25,763 bases of DNA from the NCBI GenBank assembly GCA_049699855.1, contig JBNAWM010000008.1:1-25763 (forward strand), read 5' to 3'. The notes beneath the pieces are model-generated. The model had not been told where the DNA came from and made no database searches. It worked only from the letters and a program-made list of their open reading frames with translations. This stretch comes from Candidatus Cryosericum sp. GTDB taxonomy: Bacteria; Caldisericota; Caldisericia; Cryosericales; Cryosericaceae. Shown in pieces: positions 24,923 through 25,763 of this stretch; position 1 is the first letter of the stretch; each line of letters opens with the position of its first letter. Both the position numbers and the translations under genes were made by a program.

Positions 24923-25763
24923 TCACTCCTCCTCCTGTTGACAGCCCGACATCAGCACCCGCTTCAATCGATCAGCCAGCACCGTGAGTCGAGCGGTGTC
25001 CTTGCCTTCCAGAAAGATGCGTACCAGCGGTTCCGTTCCCGATGGTCGCACAACAAGCCTGGCGGCGTCACCCAATTCCATGCGCACTTCCTCCACTGCC
25101 GCCACGAACTCGGGCCGCAACGCAACGGATTTGTCTTTCACCCTCACGTTCTCGGCGACCTGCGGATACAGCTCGATCTCGTCAACTACTCTGGAGAGAT
25201 CGGTTCCAGAGCTGGCCAGATAACCAAGTACAGCCAGTGTCGTGGCCAGTCCATCTCCCGTCACGTTCTGGTACATGTTGATGATGTGCCCCGACTCCTC
25301 GCCGCCAAGCACAAATCCTCCCTCGTGTAAACGGTCCAGGATATAGCGGTCACCAACATTGACACGCTCAAGTGTTATTCCCTGGGATTTCAAGGCCCGT
25401 TCCAAGCCGATATTGGTGAGAACCGTGCCCACAACCGTTCTCCGACTCAACCGATTCTCGGAAGCAAGTCCGACTGCCAGTACATAGAGCATAATATCGC
25501 CCGACACACGCCTTCCCTTGCGGTCGACCATGATGACTCGATCTCCATCACCGTCATGGGCGACACCCATATCCGCTCCCTCAGCCACAACACGGGCACC
25601 CACTGCAGCAGGATGGGTCGATCCGCAATCCTTGTTGATGGATCTCCCGTCGGCGTCCGTATTCATCTCGATCACTTCGGCGCCCAGGCGCCGCAGCAAT
25701 GCAGGCGTCGTGTAACCGGTCGCACCGTGTGCAGCATCGACGACGATTCTCATTCCGGCCAGG
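24923..25763 (-). CDS. glmM: Phosphoglucosamine mutase, C-terminal part (5' end beyond the right edge)
   Basis: Frame is open to the window edge. IN..CGSTHP, metal loop DGDGDR, VGDRY, GGEESGHI, GDG, VRPSGTEPLVRI. Ends 1 nt before glmS. Confidence 0.93.
   Translation of the reverse strand, partial: LAGMRIVVDAAHGATGYTTPALLRRLGAEVIEMNTDADGRSINKDCGSTHPAAVGARVVAEGADMGVAHDGDGDRVIMVDRKGRRVSGDIMLYVLAVGLASENRLSRRTVVGTVLTNIGLERALKSQGITLERVNVGDRYILDRLHEGGFVLGGEESGHIINMYQNVTGDGLATTLAVLGYLASSGTDLSRVVDEIELYPQVAENVRVKDKSVALRPEFVAAVEEVRMELGDAARLVVRPSGTEPLVRIFLEGKDTARLTVLADRLKRVLMSGCQQEEE

Noticed and set aside
24007..24987. 326-aa plus-strand ORF (and 23131..23781)
   Set aside because: Antisense shadows of glmS.

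Overview
A roughly 57% GC bacterial chromosomal core region, densely coding, with no mobile element, prophage or CRISPR array. In order: a secreted CpdB/5'-nucleotidase-family metallophosphoesterase with SLH-like repeats (minus strand, runs off the left edge, missing from the ORF track); a degenerate FolP-like gene coupled to birA; folD, alaX and rarA (minus); lgt, rnj and tRNA-Leu(CAG); an L,D-transpeptidase; comEA-comEC-polA-coaE-PD-(D/E)XK 4-Cys nuclease; a PLP aminotransferase; topB-membrane protein-HDIG hydrolase (minus); tRNA-Arg(CCG); glmS and partial glmM. I see no clear new multi-gene system. The most notable signals are residue-level: FolD lacks both cyclohydrolase residues, FolP has lost its catalytic motifs, Lgt lacks several residues essential in E. 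coli, Pol I has Asp at the steric-gate Glu, and ComEC has an eroded metallo-beta-lactamase domain upstream of a stand-alone Cas4/AddB-like nuclease. There are also two structured intergenic regions, a symmetric divergent promoter and several probable leaderless genes. All alignments were done by eye.
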